Assembly (NCBI GenBank): GCA_964016885.1
Contig: OZ024742.1
Coordinates: 376,960,001 to 377,024,000, forward strand
Direction: 5' to 3'
Source of the DNA: Eledone cirrhosa
Lineage: Eukaryota
DNA: 64,000 nt
Shown here: in pieces, positions 62,001 to 64,000 of the stretch
Layout: each line of letters begins with the position of its first letter
Numbering within the stretch: the stretch's first letter is position 1
Translations under genes and position numbers: made by a program
Notes under the pieces: generated by a model
Database searches by the model: none
The model's input: only the letters and a program-made list of their open reading frames with translations
What the model was told of the DNA's origin: nothing

Positions 62001-64000
62001 CCAATAGTAGTTATAGTAATACCAATAGCAGTAATAGTAATAGCAATAGTAGTTATAGTAATACCAATAGTAGTTATAGTAATACCAATAGTAGTAATAG
62101 TAATACCAATAGTAGTAATAGTAATACCATTAGTAGTTATAGTAATACCAATAGTAGTAATAGTAATACCAATAGCAGTAATAATAATACCAATAGTAGT
62201 AATAGTAATACCAATAGTAGTTATAGTAATACCAATAGTAGTAATAGTAATACCAATAGTAGTAATAGTAATACCAATAGCAGTAATAGTAATACCAATA
62301 GTAGTAATAGTAATACCAATAGTAGTTATAGTAATACCAATAGCAGTAATAGTAATACCAATAGTAGTTATAGTAATACCAATAGTAGTAATAGTAATAC
62401 CAATAGCAGTAATAGTAATACCAATAGCAGTAATAGTAATACCAATAGTAGTAATAGTAATACCAATAGTAGTTATAGTAATACCAATAGCAGTAATAGT
62501 AATACCAATAGTAGTTATACTAATACCAAATAGTAGTTATAGTAATACTAATAGCAGTAATAGTAATACCAATAGTAGTAATAGTAATACCAATAGTAGT
62601 TATAGTAATACCAATAGCAGTAATAGTAATACCAACAGCAGTAATAGTAATACCAATAGTAGTTATAGTAATACCAATAGTAGTTATAGTAATACCAATA
62701 GTAGTTATAGTAATACCAATAGTAGTAATAGTAATACCAATAGTAGTTATAGTAATACCAATAGTAGTTATACTAATACCAATAGTAGTAATAATAATAC
62801 CAATAGTAGTAATAGTAATACCAATAGTAGTTATCGTAATACCAATAGTAGTAATAGTAATACCAATAGTAGTAATAGTAATACCAATAGTAGTAATAGT
62901 AATACCAATAGTAGTTATAGTAATACCGATAGTAGTTATAGTAATACCAATAGCAGTAATAGTAATACCAATAGTAGTAATAGTAATACCAATAGTAGTT
63001 ATAGTAATACCAATAGTAGTAATAGTAATACCAATAGTAGTTATAGTAATACCAATCATAGTAATAGTAATACCAATAGCAGTAATAGTAATACCAATAG
63101 TAGTTATAGTAATACCAATAGTAGTTATAGTAATACCAATAGTAGTTATAGTAATACCAATAGCAGTAATAGTATTAGCAATAGTAGTTATAGTAATACC
63201 AATAGTAGTTATAGTAATACCAATAGTAGTAATAGTAATACCAATAGTAGTAATAGTAATACCATTAGCAGTTATAGTAATACCAATAGTAGTAATAGTA
63301 ATACCAATAGCAGTAATAATAATACCAATAGTAGTAATAGTAATACCAATAGTAGTAATAGTAATACCAATAGTAGTTATAGTATTACCAATAGTAGTAA
63401 TAGTAATACCAATAGTAGTAATAGTAATACCAATAGTAGTAATAGTAATACCAATAGTAGTAATAGTAATACCAATAGTAGTAATAGTAATACCAATAGC
63501 AGTAATAGTAATACCAATAGTAGTAATAGTAGTACCAATAGCAGTAATAGTAATACCAATAGTAGTAATAGTAATACCAATAGTAGTTATAGTAATACCA
63601 ATAGCAGTAATAGTAATACCAACAGCAGTAATAGTAATACCAATAGTAGTTATAGTAATACCAATAGTAGTTATAGTAATACCAATAGTAGTTATAGTAA
63701 TACCAATAGTAGTAATAGTAATACCAATAGTAGTTATAGTAATACCAATAGTAGTTATACTAATACCAATAGTAGTAATAATAATACCAATAGTAGTAAT
63801 AGTAATACCAATAGTAGTTATCGTAATACCAATAGTAGTAATAGTAATACCAATAGTAGTAATAGTAATACCAATAGTAGTAATAGTAATACCAATAGTA
63901 GTTATAGTAATACCGATAGTAGTTATAGTAATACCAATAGCAGTAATAGTAATACCAATAGTAGTAATAGTAATACCAATAGTAGTTATAGTAATACCAA
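56078..64000. repeat. 21-bp satellite (ACCAATAGTAGTAATAGTAAT), ~377 units, runs off the window end
   Basis: Direct periodicity; variant patterns recur at 420/630/840-bp and 1177-bp offsets. Confidence 0.98.

Noticed and set aside
56042-62533. Mucin/adhesin-like gene
   Set aside because: Pure 21-bp satellite; no signal peptide, domain or splice evidence.

Overview
Eukaryotic, repeat-dominated, gene-free window (200-N assembly gap at 14005-14204). The SINE, microsatellite and Penelope content resembles an octopod cephalopod genome (inference from recall, not a search). No host gene is supported; the long ORFs come from satellites and microsatellites. Contents: (i) a 7.7-kb 41-bp satellite whose unit is the reverse complement of the tRNA-like head (A-box) of a SINE present about 10 times in the window, with some units carrying a de novo B-box; (ii) four decayed Penelope-like elements (PLEs) of two clades (RT + GIY-YIG) with direct or inverted pLTRs; (iii) about 25 minimal type-I hammerhead ribozyme motifs read by eye, from many unrelated families, most with a family-specific palindromic stem III and often in fold-back pairs next to (TA)n; (iv) an R4/Dong-type RLE retroposon 3' end inserted in (TACA)n; (v) an RTE 3' end with a (GAA)n tail; (vi) CORE-type SINEs, 73-bp and 31-bp minisatellites, a self-complementary AGCT repeat and a 7.9-kb 21-bp satellite. 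All motifs were read manually and none was folded or searched computationally.
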